In this document: one piece after another, positions 41,543 through 51,887 of the stretch
How positions within the stretch are numbered: the first letter of the stretch is position 1
Layout: each line of letters begins with the position of its first letter
Assembly (NCBI GenBank): GCA_963718235.1
Contig: CAVQYR010000001.1
Span: 960,001 to 1,024,000, forward strand
Direction of reading: 5' to 3'
From: an uncultured Actinomycetota bacterium
GTDB lineage: Bacteria > Actinomycetota > Actinomycetes > JAHEKZ01
Length of the DNA: 64,000 nt
Translations under genes and position numbers: made by a program
Notes under the pieces: model-generated
The model's database searches: none
What the model saw: only the letters and a program-made list of their open reading frames with translations
What the model was told of the DNA's origin: nothing

Positions 41543-42193
41543 CTACTCGACCGGGCGCCGGAACGCGGCCCGCTCGGAGGCCACCTGCGCCGCCACGTGA
41601 CAGGCTTCCTGGTGGTCGTTCACCAGCCCCATCGCCTGCATGAACGCGTACAGGGTCGTGGGCCCGACGAAGCTCCAACCACGCTTCTTGAGCTCCTTGC
41701 TCAGGGCGGTCGACGCCTCCGAGGTCGGATGGGCGTACAACCAGTCGCGGGTGACCGTGCGGGGGCGCCCCTTCGGGCCGGGCTCGCGCGCCCAGAAGAA
41801 CGCGGCGAGCGAGCCGTGCTCGTCGATGAGTTCCCCGGCCCGCCGGGCGTTGTTGACCGTGGACTCGATCTTGCCCCGGTGCCGCACGATGCCCGGGTCG
41901 GCCAGCAGCCGCTCGACGTCGCGCGTTCCGAACGCGGCCACCCGCTCGATGTCGAATGAGGCGAACGCCGACCGGAAGCTGTCCCGCTTGCGCAGGATCG
42001 TGAGCCAGGACAGGCCGGCCTGGAAGCCTTCGAGGCACAGCTTCTCGAACAGCCGGGTGTCGTCGTCCACCGGACGGCCCCACTCGTCGTCGTGGTAGGC
42101 GCGGTACTCGGGGGTCGACCCGCCCCAGAAGCAGCGCAGCACCCCGCTCTCGTCGGCGTCCAAAACGTCGCCGGCCACGGTTGTCTCGGCCAA
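41543..42193 (-). CDS. tag: DNA-3-methyladenine glycosylase I
   Basis: RCFW, YHDDEWG, LEGFQAGLSW.TILRKR, FVGPTT.YAFMQAMGLVNDH. Confidence 0.95.
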   Translation of the reverse strand: MAETTVAGDVLDADESGVLRCFWGGSTPEYRAYHDDEWGRPVDDDTRLFEKLCLEGFQAGLSWLTILRKRDSFRSAFASFDIERVAAFGTRDVERLLADPGIVRHRGKIESTVNNARRAGELIDEHGSLAAFFWAREPGPKGRPRTVTRDWLYAHPTSEASTALSKELKKRGWSFVGPTTLYAFMQAMGLVNDHQEACHVAAQVASERAAFRRPVE

Positions 42194-42240
42194 CGAGCCA
42201 CCTCCGGGCGTTCGGTGCGGGCGGGTCAGCTGAGGCTATC

Positions 42241-42256
42241 GGGGCCGATCGGCCCT
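42241..42256 (+). promoter_or_regulatory. OsdR/DosR-type operator upstream of amrS
   Basis: GGGGCCGATCGGCCCT; perfect 14-bp palindrome core; 15/16 to the Streptomyces OsdR consensus AGGGCCGATCGGCCCT as recalled. Confidence 0.7.
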
Positions 42257-42309
42257 TGCCCTGGGCCACCGGTTGGGCTGGACTGGGGTGAGACGACGGG
42301 AGGTGTCCC

Positions 42310-43407
42310 ATGCCCACCCCGACCCATCCCACGACGTACTGGCACCAGTTGGACGACGGCCGCGTGCAGTGCGACCTGTGCCCACGCGCCTGCAGGCTGC
42401 ACGAGGGGCAGCGGGGTCTGTGCTTCGTCCGGGCCCGCGAGGGTGATGCGATCGTCTCGACGACGTACGGACGCAGCAGCGGCTACTGCGTCGACCCGAT
42501 CGAGAAGAAGCCGCTGAACCACTTCCTCCCTGGGAGCTCCGTGCTGTCGTTCGGCACCGCCGGGTGCAACCTGGCGTGCCGCTACTGCCAGAACTGGGAC
42601 ATCTCCAAGAGCCGGGAGTTCGACACGCTGGCTGACGCAGCATCGCCGGAGCAGATCGCCGCCGCCGCCGTGCGGCTCGGCTGCCGCAGCGTGGCCTACA
42701 CGTACAACGACCCGGTCATCTTCCTGGAGTACGCCGTCGACGTGGCCAAGGCGTGCCGTGCCGTGGGTGTGGAGTCGGTGGCGGTGACCGCCGGGTACAT
42801 CTGCCCGCAGCCACGGGTGGAGTTCTTCGGTGCCATGAGTGCAGCCAACGTGGACCTGAAGGCCTTCAGCGAGGACTTCTACCACAAGCTGTGCGCCGGT
42901 CACCTCCAGCCGGTGCTGGACACGATCGAGTACCTGGTGAAGGAGACTGACGTGTGGGTCGAGCTCACCACGTTGCTGATTCCCGGGTACAACGACAGCG
43001 ACGATGAGATCCACGCCCTGGTCAGCTGGGTCGGCGGGACCCTCGGGCCCGACGTGCCGCTGCACTTCAGCGCGTTCCACCCCGACTTCAAGATGCTGCT
43101 CGTTCCGCCGACTCCGCCAGAGACCCTGAAACGCGCTCGCCAGATCGCTGTGGACGAGGGCCTTCGGTACGTCTACACCGGCAACATCCACGACCCGGTC
43201 GGCGGGACGACGACCTGCCCCGGCTGTGGGGCCGCCGTCGTCGTCCGCGACTGGTACGACCTGCGGCAGTACCGCCTCACCGACGACGGCCACTGCACCC
43301 GGTGCGGAGCCGCCATCGCCGGTCGCTTCGACGGCCCGGCGGGAACCTGGGGCGCCCGCAGGCTCCCGGTGCACCTGGCCGCGGCGACGTCCGGAGGTGC
43401 GCGATGA
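42310..43407 (+). CDS. amrS: AmmeMemoRadiSam radical SAM enzyme
   Basis: CDLCPRAC, DPIEKKPLNHF, GCNLACRYCQNWDIS, YTYNDP, HFSAFHP, YVYTGN, CPGC. Confidence 0.95.
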   Translation: MPTPTHPTTYWHQLDDGRVQCDLCPRACRLHEGQRGLCFVRAREGDAIVSTTYGRSSGYCVDPIEKKPLNHFLPGSSVLSFGTAGCNLACRYCQNWDISKSREFDTLADAASPEQIAAAAVRLGCRSVAYTYNDPVIFLEYAVDVAKACRAVGVESVAVTAGYICPQPRVEFFGAMSAANVDLKAFSEDFYHKLCAGHLQPVLDTIEYLVKETDVWVELTTLLIPGYNDSDDEIHALVSWVGGTLGPDVPLHFSAFHPDFKMLLVPPTPPETLKRARQIAVDEGLRYVYTGNIHDPVGGTTTCPGCGAAVVVRDWYDLRQYRLTDDGHCTRCGAAIAGRFDGPAGTWGARRLPVHLAAATSGGAR

Positions 43408-44234
43408 CGACGATGCAGACCCGGTACCCGGCGGTCGCTGGGACCTTCTACCCCGCCGACCCGGTGGCCCTGGCCGACCAGGTCGACGCCTGCCTGCGCG
43501 ACGGTGCAGCGCGGCTGCAGCACCTGCCCACGATCGACCCGCAGCGGGTTCGGGCGCTGGTGGTCCCGCACGCCGGCTACGTCTACTCCGGGCCGGTGGC
43601 CGGCACCGGGTACGCCCTGCTGCCGCGCCTTCGTGACCGGATCAGGGGGGTGCTGCTGCTCGGCCCGGCCCACTACGTGCCCGTGCGTGGCTGCGCGGCC
43701 TCGGGGGCCGATGCCTTCGCCACCCCGCTCGGGGTCATGCCGGTCGACGTCGGGGCCAGGGACACCCTGCTCGCCGCTCCTTGTGCCTACCTCGACGACG
43801 CCGCCCATGCCCCGGAGCACAGCCTCGAGGTGCACCTGCCGTTCCTGCAGCGAACGCTCGGCGACGTCCCCATCGTGCCGATGGTGATCGGGGTCAGCGA
43901 TCCACACCGAGAGGCCTCGCTGATCGAGCCGTTCCTGGCTGATCCCGCGTGGCTCGTGATCGTGAGCAGCGACCTGTCGCACTACCTGCCGTACGACACG
44001 GCCCGAGCACGGGATGCACGCACGGCGTCGGCGATCACCGAGTGCCGCTGGCGCGACCTCGGTGACCACGACGCGTGCGGCTGTCGTCCACTCCGGGGCC
44101 TGCTGCAGGCCTGCGAGCAGCGGCAGCTCGAAGTCCGCCAGCTCGACCTGCGCAACTCAGGCGACACCGCCGGTCCCCGGGACCGGGTGGTGGGGTACGG
44201 AACGTTCGTCGCTCTCGAGGGAGGCTCGTCATGA
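43404..44234 (+). CDS. amrB: AmmeMemoRadiSam protein B (MEMO1 family)
   Basis: PAVAGTFYP, VPHAGYVYSG, EHSLEVHLPFLQ, SSDLSHY, ACG, NSGD, VVGY. Confidence 0.94.
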   Translation: MTTMQTRYPAVAGTFYPADPVALADQVDACLRDGAARLQHLPTIDPQRVRALVVPHAGYVYSGPVAGTGYALLPRLRDRIRGVLLLGPAHYVPVRGCAASGADAFATPLGVMPVDVGARDTLLAAPCAYLDDAAHAPEHSLEVHLPFLQRTLGDVPIVPMVIGVSDPHREASLIEPFLADPAWLVIVSSDLSHYLPYDTARARDARTASAITECRWRDLGDHDACGCRPLRGLLQACEQRQLEVRQLDLRNSGDTAGPRDRVVGYGTFVALEGGSS

Positions 44235-44896
44235 CCGGTGCCACCGAGGAGTCCGACCGGCCGCGACGGGACGGGTCGGTGGGCCACGTCCCCCAGTTCT
44301 CACCCACGCAGCAGCGTGAGCTGCTCGCCCTGGCGACGAACGCGATCGAGCACACGTTGCGCACGGGTCGTCGGGTCGTTCCCGCGGACGCTGACCTCGA
44401 GCCGTGGCTCCGGGAGCCCGCGGCGACCTTCGTGACCTTGCGCCGCGGCTCTCGGCTGCTGGGCTGCATGGGCACGCTCGAGCCCTACCAGGGACTGGCT
44501 GCCGACGTCGTGGAGCACGCGCTCAACGCCGCGTTCGACGACCCGCGGATGCCGCCAGTCGACGACGAGGACTTCGAGCGGATGACGGTGGAGATATCGG
44601 TCCTCGGGCCGCTGAACCCCCTGCGGGTCAGCAGCCGGGCCGAGCTCGTGGCCGTGCTGCGGCCCCACGTCGACGGACTCCTGGTGCGCGCTGACGGCCA
44701 TCGGGCGACGTTCCTGCCCGCGGTCTGGGACAGCGTGGACTCCGCATCGGACTTCGTCGCGCTGCTGTGGCGCAAGGCCGGTCTGGCCGCGAACCGCTGG
44801 CCGTCGTCGACCCGGCTGTGGACCTACGGCGTGTGTGCCTTCGAGGCCCACACCGGGCGGGCAGCATCGTCGAGGGGCGCTAGCGTGACGGCGTGA
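44231..44896 (+). CDS. amrA: AmmeMemoRadiSam protein A (AMMECR1 family)
   Basis: ATFVTL..GSRLLGCMG, AAFDDPR, VEISVL, ATFLPAVW, KAG. Confidence 0.92.
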   Translation: MTGATEESDRPRRDGSVGHVPQFSPTQQRELLALATNAIEHTLRTGRRVVPADADLEPWLREPAATFVTLRRGSRLLGCMGTLEPYQGLAADVVEHALNAAFDDPRMPPVDDEDFERMTVEISVLGPLNPLRVSSRAELVAVLRPHVDGLLVRADGHRATFLPAVWDSVDSASDFVALLWRKAGLAANRWPSSTRLWTYGVCAFEAHTGRAASSRGASVTA

Positions 44897-46262
44897 CCCC
44901 CGGAGTCGTCCGACCCTTCTCCGACCTCCCGGGGCCCCAGGGTCCGGACATGCTCAGGGCCTTCAGGCTCATGCGCCGTGACCCTCTCGCCTTTCTCGCG
45001 CAGTGCAGCGCCAGGTACGGGCCGATGGTGACGTTCCCGATCCCACGGGCCTCGGTCGTGTTCGTCGACGATGCGAGTGCCGTCCGCCAGGTCCTGCAGA
45101 CCAACCACCGCAACTACGGCAAGCGGACCATCCAGTACGACGCGCTGTCACTGGTGACCGGTGAGGGGCTGCTGACCTCGGACGGGGACGCGTGGCGGGC
45201 GATGCGCCGACTCCTGCAGCCGGCGTTCCACCACGACACCCTCGGGGCCGTGGTCTCCGGGGTCGAGGACGCTGCCGAGGCGATCGCGACCGAGTGGCGC
45301 TCCACCGGCGGGCAGGAGGTGTTCGACCTCGACGAGGCCATGATGCGGACCACCCTGCGCGTGGTCGGGGCCACCCTGTTCGGGGCCGACCTCGGCGAGG
45401 TGTCGGCCCGCCTGGTGGCCGCCGTGGTCAGCGCGCTGGACGTCGTGGTCGCGCGCGCCCAGCTACCGGTGAGCCCACCCGACTGGGTTCCCACCCGCGG
45501 CAACGTCCGGCTGCGGCGCAGCCTGCAGGCCCTCGACGAGGCGGTCGACCAGCTGGTGGCCCGACGACGGCGACGCCCGCTCGGCCACGACGTCCTGGGC
45601 CTGCTGCTCCAGGCCCAGGACGCCGGCGACATCACCGCCCGGCAGGTCCGCAACGAGGTCGTCACGCTGATCGTGGCCGGGCACGAGACGGTCGCCGCGA
45701 CCATGACCTGGACCTGGCTGCTGCTGGACCAGCACCCCGAGGTCCTGGCGAAGCTGCGGCGGGAGGCCGACGCCGTCCTCGGGGCCGATCGAGCGAGCCC
45801 GGTCCATCTGGCGACCGTCGACGCGCTGCGTCTCACCCGCGCGGTCGTCGACGAGTCGCTGCGCTGTATCCACCCGCGTGGGTGATCAGCCGTCGAGCCC
45901 TCGGCCCCGACGTCCTCGGCGGATATGGGATCCCGACCGGTGCGATCGTGATCATGAGTCCCTACCTGGTCCACCGTGACGCTGCCCTGTGGGATCGGCC
46001 GGAGGACTTCGACCCGGCCCGGTTCCTCGACGTGCGCCGCGACGACGTCGCGCGCGGCAGCTACCTCCCGTTCGGGGCCGGGCCGCGGCTGTGCATCGGC
46101 CGGGACCTCGCGCTCCTCGAGGCGACCTTGCTCACCGCCGTGCTCGTCCGCGACTTCGAGGTCCACCCGGTCGACGCCGACCACGTGCGCGCCCACGCCG
46201 GCGTCACGATCCGCCCCGTGGGCGGGCTGCCCAGCCGGGTCGTCGCCCGGGTGTGTCTCTGA
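44893..46262 (+). pseudogene. cytochrome P450 with one frameshift near 45864 (possibly a sequencing error)
   Basis: frame 1: GEGLLTSDG..W...RR..QPAF, AGHET, ESLR; frame 2: LYPPAW, FDPARF, PFGAGPRLCIG. Confidence 0.85.
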
Positions 46263-46285
46263 TCACGTCAGGCGTCGCGGCCGTG

Positions 46286-46301
46286 TGTGCGGTTGATCAC
46301 A
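46286..46301. promoter_or_regulatory. CRP/GlxR-type site upstream of pckG
   Basis: TGTGC-GGTTGA-TCACA vs TGTGA-N6-TCACA. Confidence 0.55.
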
Positions 46302-46401
46302 ATAGGCGCCCCGAAGGTGAAATCTGAGCGTTCGGCGTGGAGCGCGCGGCCGATTTAGGGCACTCTTCCTCATAGCCCTTCGACGCGCAGGAGAGGTAAC
46401 C

Positions 46402-48243
46402 ATGGCGATCCCCGGACTCCAGAACCCACCCACGACGAACGCGAAGCTGATCAAGTGGGTCGGCGAGATCGCCGAGCTGACCCAGCCCGACCGGGTCGAG
46501 TGGTCCGACGGCTCGCAGGAGGAGTGGGACCGGCTCACCCAGGAGATGGTCGACGCCGGCACGATGATCCGGCTCAACGAGCAGAAGCGGCCCAACAGCT
46601 TCCTCGCCCGTTCCAACCCCAGCGACGTGGCGCGCGTGGAGAGCCGCACCTTCATCTGCGCCGAGCGGGAGGCCGATGCGGGCCCCACGAACAACTGGCG
46701 CGACCCGGCTTCGATGCGCGCGGAGCTGAAGCCACTGTTCGCCGGCTCGATGCGCGGGCGGACGATGTACGTCGTCCCGTTCTCGATGGGCCCGCTCGGC
46801 TCCCCGATCGCCGAGCTCGGCGTCGAGATCACCGACTCGCCCTACGTCGTGACCAACATGCGGATCATGACCCGGATGGGCAAGGACGCCCTTGCCCTGA
46901 TCGGTGACGACGGTGACTTCGTCCCGGCCGTGCACTCGGTGGGCTACCCCCTGGTCGACGAGAACGGCGAGAAGCGCGACGACGTCGCCTGGCCGTGCAA
47001 CGACACCAAGTACATCGTCCACTACCCCGAGACCCGTGAGATCTGGTCGTACGGCTCCGGCTACGGCGGCAACGCCCTGCTCGGCAAGAAGTGCTTCGCG
47101 CTGCGGATCGCCTCGGCGATGGCCCGCGACGACGGCTGGATGGCCGAGCACATGCTCATCCTCAAGCTGACCGGACCGTCGGGGAAGGTGCACTACATCA
47201 CCGGCGCGTTCCCGTCGGCCTGCGGCAAGACCAACCTGGCCATGCTCGAGCCGACCATCCCTGGCTGGAAGGTCGAGACCGTCGGTGACGACATCGCCTG
47301 GATGCGGTTCGGCGACGACGGCCGGCTGCACGCCATCAACCCCGAGGCCGGCTTCTTCGGGGTGGCCCCGGGAACGGGCGTCAAGACCAACAAGAACGCC
47401 ATCGAGGCCCTGTGGGGCAACTGCATCTACACCAACGTCGGGCTGACCGACGACGGTGACATCTGGTGGGAGGGGCTGACCGACGACCAGCCGGCGCACC
47501 TCATCGACTGGAAGGGCAACGACTGGACGCCGGAGTCCGACGTCCCGGCGGCGCACCCGAACGCCCGGTTCACCGCGCCGGCGGCCCAGTGCCCGTCGAT
47601 CGCGGACAACTGGGAGGACCCGGCAGGGGTGCCGATCTCGGCGATCCTGTTCGGCGGCCGGCGTGCCACCAACGTGCCCTTGGTCAACGAGTCGTTCGAC
47701 TGGGAGCACGGCGTCTTCATCGGCGCCACGGTGTCCAGCGAGCAGACCGCCGCGGCCGAGGGTGCGGTCGGCGACCTGCGTCGTGACCCGTTCGCCATGC
47801 TTCCCTTCTGCGGCTACAACATGGCCGACTACTGGGGCCACTGGCTGGACATCGGCCAGGCGACCGAGGCGGCCAAGCTGCCCCGCATCTACCAGGTCAA
47901 CTGGTTCCGCAAGGGGCCCGACGGCTCGTTCCTGTGGCCCGGCTTCGGGGACAACAGCCGCGTGCTCGACTGGGTGATCCGGCGGCTCGAGGGCAGCGTC
48001 GGGGCGGTCGAGACGCCGATCGGCAACCTGCCGCACCCGGCCGACCTGAACCTCGACGGGCTCCAGATCGGCGAGGAGGCCCTGACCGAGCTGTTCGCCG
48101 TCGACGCGAAGCGCTGGATCGACGAGGCCGAGCTCACCGAGGCCTACTTCCAGCAGTTCGGTGACCACCTGCCCCAGGCGCTGACCGACCAGCTCGCCGC
48201 CCTGCACGCTCGGCTCGAGGCGGCTCAGCAAGCGTCTGAGTGA
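46402..48243 (+). CDS. pckG: phosphoenolpyruvate carboxykinase (GTP)
   Basis: [66 protein letters not shown]. Confidence 0.97.
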   Translation: MAIPGLQNPPTTNAKLIKWVGEIAELTQPDRVEWSDGSQEEWDRLTQEMVDAGTMIRLNEQKRPNSFLARSNPSDVARVESRTFICAEREADAGPTNNWRDPASMRAELKPLFAGSMRGRTMYVVPFSMGPLGSPIAELGVEITDSPYVVTNMRIMTRMGKDALALIGDDGDFVPAVHSVGYPLVDENGEKRDDVAWPCNDTKYIVHYPETREIWSYGSGYGGNALLGKKCFALRIASAMARDDGWMAEHMLILKLTGPSGKVHYITGAFPSACGKTNLAMLEPTIPGWKVETVGDDIAWMRFGDDGRLHAINPEAGFFGVAPGTGVKTNKNAIEALWGNCIYTNVGLTDDGDIWWEGLTDDQPAHLIDWKGNDWTPESDVPAAHPNARFTAPAAQCPSIADNWEDPAGVPISAILFGGRRATNVPLVNESFDWEHGVFIGATVSSEQTAAAEGAVGDLRRDPFAMLPFCGYNMADYWGHWLDIGQATEAAKLPRIYQVNWFRKGPDGSFLWPGFGDNSRVLDWVIRRLEGSVGAVETPIGNLPHPADLNLDGLQIGEEALTELFAVDAKRWIDEAELTEAYFQQFGDHLPQALTDQLAALHARLEAAQQASE

Positions 48244-48303
48244 TCGACCCGCCCCCCCACGCGTGAGAGGCTGCACCTCCCGACGTCTCGGTGAGGGAGC
48301 AAC

Positions 48304-50052
48304 ATGTTCGACCAGTGGTTGACCGCAGGGGTCGTGCTGGCCACGGTGGTCGTGCTGGCCACCGAGCTCGTTCCACCCTACGTGGGCATGCTGGGCGCCG
48401 TCGTCGTGCTGTTCGTGGCCGGGGTGATCGACTTCGGTGAGGCGTTCGGCGGCTTCTCGAGCAGTGCGGTGATCGCGATCTCGGCGTTCTACGTGATCGC
48501 CTACGCGATCAACAAGACCGACGCCCTGCGACCCCTGCTGACCCGGATCATGCCGCAGCAAGGGGGCCTCCGAGGGGGGCTGACCAGGCTCGCCGTGCCG
48601 ACCGCCGCCCTGTCCGCCTTCGCGAACAACACCCCGATCGTGGCCATGCTGATCGATCCGGTGCGCGCGTGGGGCCGACGCAACGGGTACCCGGCGTCCC
48701 GGCTGCTCATCCCGGTGTCCTACGCCAGCATCCTCGGCGGCGGCCTGACCCTGATCGGGACATCGACGAACCTGATCGTCTCCGACCTGCTGGTCTCGGC
48801 CGGGCAGGAGCCGATGGCGTTCTTCGAGCCGGTGCAGGTGGCGCTGCCGGTGGCACTGGTCGGGCTGGGGGTCATCGTGCTGCTCGGCCCGGTCCTGCTG
48901 CCCGACCGCAGTGGGGCGGTCGGCGAAGAGGCAGGTACCCGGCGCTACACCGTGACGATGCAGGTCGAACCGGCCGGCCCGCTGGACGGCCTGGCACTGT
49001 CGGCCGCCCATCTGGACCACGTGCGGGTGACCCGGGTGGAACGCGAACACGACCGTTTCGAGCCCGACTCCGATCCGGTGCTGCGCGGTGGCGACCGGAT
49101 CACCGTACGTGCGTCGGCGGCGGACATCGTCGACCTGGACCTGACCCGTGGGCTGAGCTCGTTGCTGCCGGGTATGGAGACCGCCATCGACCTGCGTCGG
49201 GCCAGGGTCTACGAGGGGGTCGTCGGCCGCGGCTCGTGGCTGTCCGGCAAAAACCCCGCAGCGTTGGACCTGTTGGACCGTTACGGCGCGGGCCTGCTCG
49301 CGGTGCACAAGGGTGACGACACCCAGCACCGCCCGGTCGACCGGGTCGAGCTGCACCGCGGCGACACCCTGCTGCTGGTCGCCGAGCGGGGCTTCCGGCA
49401 GAACTTCCACGCGGCCGACGACTTCATCCTCGTGTCCCCGGTCCGCGAGGTGACTGCGCCGGCCAGCCGGTTCGCGCCGCTGACCGGAGTGGTCCTCGTG
49501 GGGGTTGTCCTGCTGGCCGCGCTGGGGCTGCTGCCCATCGCCGTCGCGGCCGTCATCGGCGTGCTGGTCCTCGTGCTCGCCAAGGTGGTGAGCCCTGACG
49601 AGGCGCTGAAGGCCATCGACCTGACCGTCGTGGTCCTCATCGGGGCGGCCTTCGGCCTGGGTGCCGCGGTGACGGCGTCCGGACTCGACCAGACGATGGC
49701 TGACTGGTTCACCGAGTCACTCGGCGGGTTCGCCGACGTGTTCTTCGTCGCCGCGATCCTCGGCGCGACGCTGGTCCTCACCGAGCTGATCAGCAACAGT
49801 GCGGCGGCCATCCTGGCCGTACCGATCGCCCTGAGTGTCGCCTCGGCGGCCGAAGGAGTGGACCCCCGGCTGCTGGCGATCGCGGTGGGCGTCACCGCGG
49901 GTTTCTCGTTCCTGACCCCGGTCGGCTACCAGACCAACACGATGGTCTACGGGCCCGGCAACTACCGGTTCGCCGACTTCAGCCGGCTGGGCGTGCCGAT
50001 GGCCGCCACGGCCCTCGTCGTCGGCACCGCAGCGGTGGTCGCGCTGTCCTAG
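48304..50052 (+). CDS. SLC13/DASS permease with TrkA-C domains
   Basis: SAFANNT, GGGLTLIGTSTN, TELISNSAAA, FLTPVGYQTNTMVYGPGNY. Confidence 0.9.
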   Translation: MFDQWLTAGVVLATVVVLATELVPPYVGMLGAVVVLFVAGVIDFGEAFGGFSSSAVIAISAFYVIAYAINKTDALRPLLTRIMPQQGGLRGGLTRLAVPTAALSAFANNTPIVAMLIDPVRAWGRRNGYPASRLLIPVSYASILGGGLTLIGTSTNLIVSDLLVSAGQEPMAFFEPVQVALPVALVGLGVIVLLGPVLLPDRSGAVGEEAGTRRYTVTMQVEPAGPLDGLALSAAHLDHVRVTRVEREHDRFEPDSDPVLRGGDRITVRASAADIVDLDLTRGLSSLLPGMETAIDLRRARVYEGVVGRGSWLSGKNPAALDLLDRYGAGLLAVHKGDDTQHRPVDRVELHRGDTLLLVAERGFRQNFHAADDFILVSPVREVTAPASRFAPLTGVVLVGVVLLAALGLLPIAVAAVIGVLVLVLAKVVSPDEALKAIDLTVVVLIGAAFGLGAAVTASGLDQTMADWFTESLGGFADVFFVAAILGATLVLTELISNSAAAILAVPIALSVASAAEGVDPRLLAIAVGVTAGFSFLTPVGYQTNTMVYGPGNYRFADFSRLGVPMAATALVVGTAAVVALS

Positions 50053-50073
50053 CCTGGCCCCACCGACGGGCGG

Positions 50074-51300
50074 TCAGTCGATCGGGTCCCGGTCGACGGG
50101 GCAGGTCATGCAGCGGGGTCCGCCCCGTCCGCGGCCCAGCTCGCTGCCGGCCACGGCGGCGACCTCCACGCCGTTGTCGCGCAGCATCGCGTTGGTGCGC
50201 AGGTTGCGTTCGTAGCCGACGACGACCCCGGGGGACAGGGCCAGGAAGTTGTTGCCGTCGTCCCACTGCTCGCGCTCGGCGTCACCCATGCTCATCTTGG
50301 CCACCAGGATCTTGGCGTCGACGGCCAGTGCGTCGCTCAGCCCCTGTCGCAGCGAGGAGTTCTGGTCGACCTTCAGCTGGTCGCCGTCGAGGGTCAGGGT
50401 GAACGACCGGACCGAGTCGATCAGGCCCGGGTAGGCGACGAACGTGTCGGTGTCGACCATCGTCATCACCGTGTCGAGGTGCATGAACGCCCGCTGCTTG
50501 GGCAGCTGGACGACGACGACCCGGTCGGCGACCCCCGCGGCGAAGAGCCGGCAGGCCAGGACCTCGACCCCTTGGGCCGTGGTGCGCTCGGACAGGCCGA
50601 TCAGCATCGAGCGGTTGCCGATCACCTGCACGTCACCGCCCTCGATGGTGGCGGGACCGTAGGGGGCGTCGCCCTCGCCGAGCCACACGGAGAACCCGTC
50701 GGGACGGTTCCATGCGTCGCGGAACAACGGGTGCCAGCGGTAGATGAGGTAGGTGTGCAGAGTCTCGCGCTTGCGGGCGGGCTTGCTCATCGGGTTGAGG
50801 GAGACGCCACCGTAGGCCCATGCCGAGTTGTCGCGAGTGAACATGGTGTTGGGCAGCGGAGTCATCAGGAAGTCGTCGTCGCCAAGTGACGACCACAACA
50901 ACCCGTTCACATTGGTGGTGAGGTCGGACTTCAGGATGCCGCCGATCCACAGGCGAGCGAGGGTGCGGCCGTCGACGCTGCGGCCGAGGTCGCGCAGCGG
51001 CTTGGCCAGCGCGGGTCCGACCGTCCGCTCGTTGAGCAGGCGGTCGAATGCCCAGTCGCGGGCCTCGTCGTCCTCCAGCGCCTCGCCGAGCAGCCGGCCG
51101 TAGTCGAGCACCTCGACGCCGCGCTCGGTCATCGCCGCCACGAACGCATCGTGCTCCTCGCGCGCCCGGGCGGCCCACACCACGTCGTCGAACAGCAGGT
51201 CGTGCCGGTTGGACGGCGTGAGCCGGTTGAGCTCCATGCCGGGGCGGTGCACGATGACCCGGCGCAGCCGCCCGGTCTCCGAACCGATGGTGAACGCCAT
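50074..51300 (-). CDS. arcA: arginine deiminase
   Basis: [64 protein letters not shown]. Confidence 0.94.
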   Translation of the reverse strand: MAFTIGSETGRLRRVIVHRPGMELNRLTPSNRHDLLFDDVVWAARAREEHDAFVAAMTERGVEVLDYGRLLGEALEDDEARDWAFDRLLNERTVGPALAKPLRDLGRSVDGRTLARLWIGGILKSDLTTNVNGLLWSSLGDDDFLMTPLPNTMFTRDNSAWAYGGVSLNPMSKPARKRETLHTYLIYRWHPLFRDAWNRPDGFSVWLGEGDAPYGPATIEGGDVQVIGNRSMLIGLSERTTAQGVEVLACRLFAAGVADRVVVVQLPKQRAFMHLDTVMTMVDTDTFVAYPGLIDSVRSFTLTLDGDQLKVDQNSSLRQGLSDALAVDAKILVAKMSMGDAEREQWDDGNNFLALSPGVVVGYERNLRTNAMLRDNGVEVAAVAGSELGRGRGGPRCMTCPVDRDPID

Positions 51301-51350
51301 CCCACTTCCCTTCGTCACCGTGATCGTGGCAGATCACCGGTCGCCGGGAG

Positions 51351-51415
51351 AGGTCAGGCTCGGAAGGTCAGGCTCGGAAGGTCAGGCTCGGAAGGTCAGG
51401 CTCGGAAGGTCAGGC
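51351..51415 (+). repeat. 14-bp tandem repeat (AGGTCAGGCTCGGA), 4 copies plus 9 nt
   Basis: units at 51351, 51365, 51379, 51393, partial at 51407. Confidence 0.95.
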
Positions 51416-51790
51416 GGGGGAGGCCTCGGCGGTGGCTGCCTGCGCGACCTGACGGTGCACATCGTCCATGTCGAGGGCCGACAGGGCGCCGATCAGCTTC
51501 TCCAGCTCGGGGGCAGGCAGGGCGCCGGCCTCGCCGTAGACCATGACCTTCTCCCGGAACGCGACCAGGGTCGGGATCGAGGTGATGCCGAACATCGCGG
51601 CCAGCTGCGGCTGTGCCTCGGTGTCGACCTTGGCGAACACGATGTCGTCGTGGCTCTCGCTGGCGGCCTCGAACACCGGGCCGAACGCCCGGCACGGGCC
51701 GCACCACGCGGCCCAGAAGTCGACGAGCACCGTGTCGTTGCCCGTGATGACCGACTCGAGGTTCTCGGCGGTGAGGGTGATCGTGGCCAT
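51410..51790 (-). CDS. trxA: thioredoxin
   Basis: VLVDFWAAWCGPCRAFGP, FAKVDTE, ITSIPTL. Confidence 0.93.
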   Translation of the reverse strand: MATITLTAENLESVITGNDTVLVDFWAAWCGPCRAFGPVFEAASESHDDIVFAKVDTEAQPQLAAMFGITSIPTLVAFREKVMVYGEAGALPAPELEKLIGALSALDMDDVHRQVAQAATAEASPA

Positions 51791-51834
51791 GCCTGCTCCT
51801 GCGGACGACGGGGTGGGGTACGAGGGTCCCAACG

Positions 51835-51850
51835 ATACCCCAGGGGGTAT
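51835..51850. promoter_or_regulatory. CsoR/RicR/CstR-family operator
   Basis: ATACCC-CAGG-GGGTAT between divergent trxA and DUF302. Confidence 0.7.
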
Positions 51851-51887
51851 TATTCCGGAAGCAGACCTTCGACGAGAGGAAGTCATC

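Noticed and set aside
46297-49410. 1037-aa minus-strand ORF
   Set aside because: Antisense shadow of pckG and the SLC13 gene, typical of high-GC DNA; no motifs
51351-51415. CRISPR array
   Set aside because: Contiguous 14-bp units with no spacers and no cas genes
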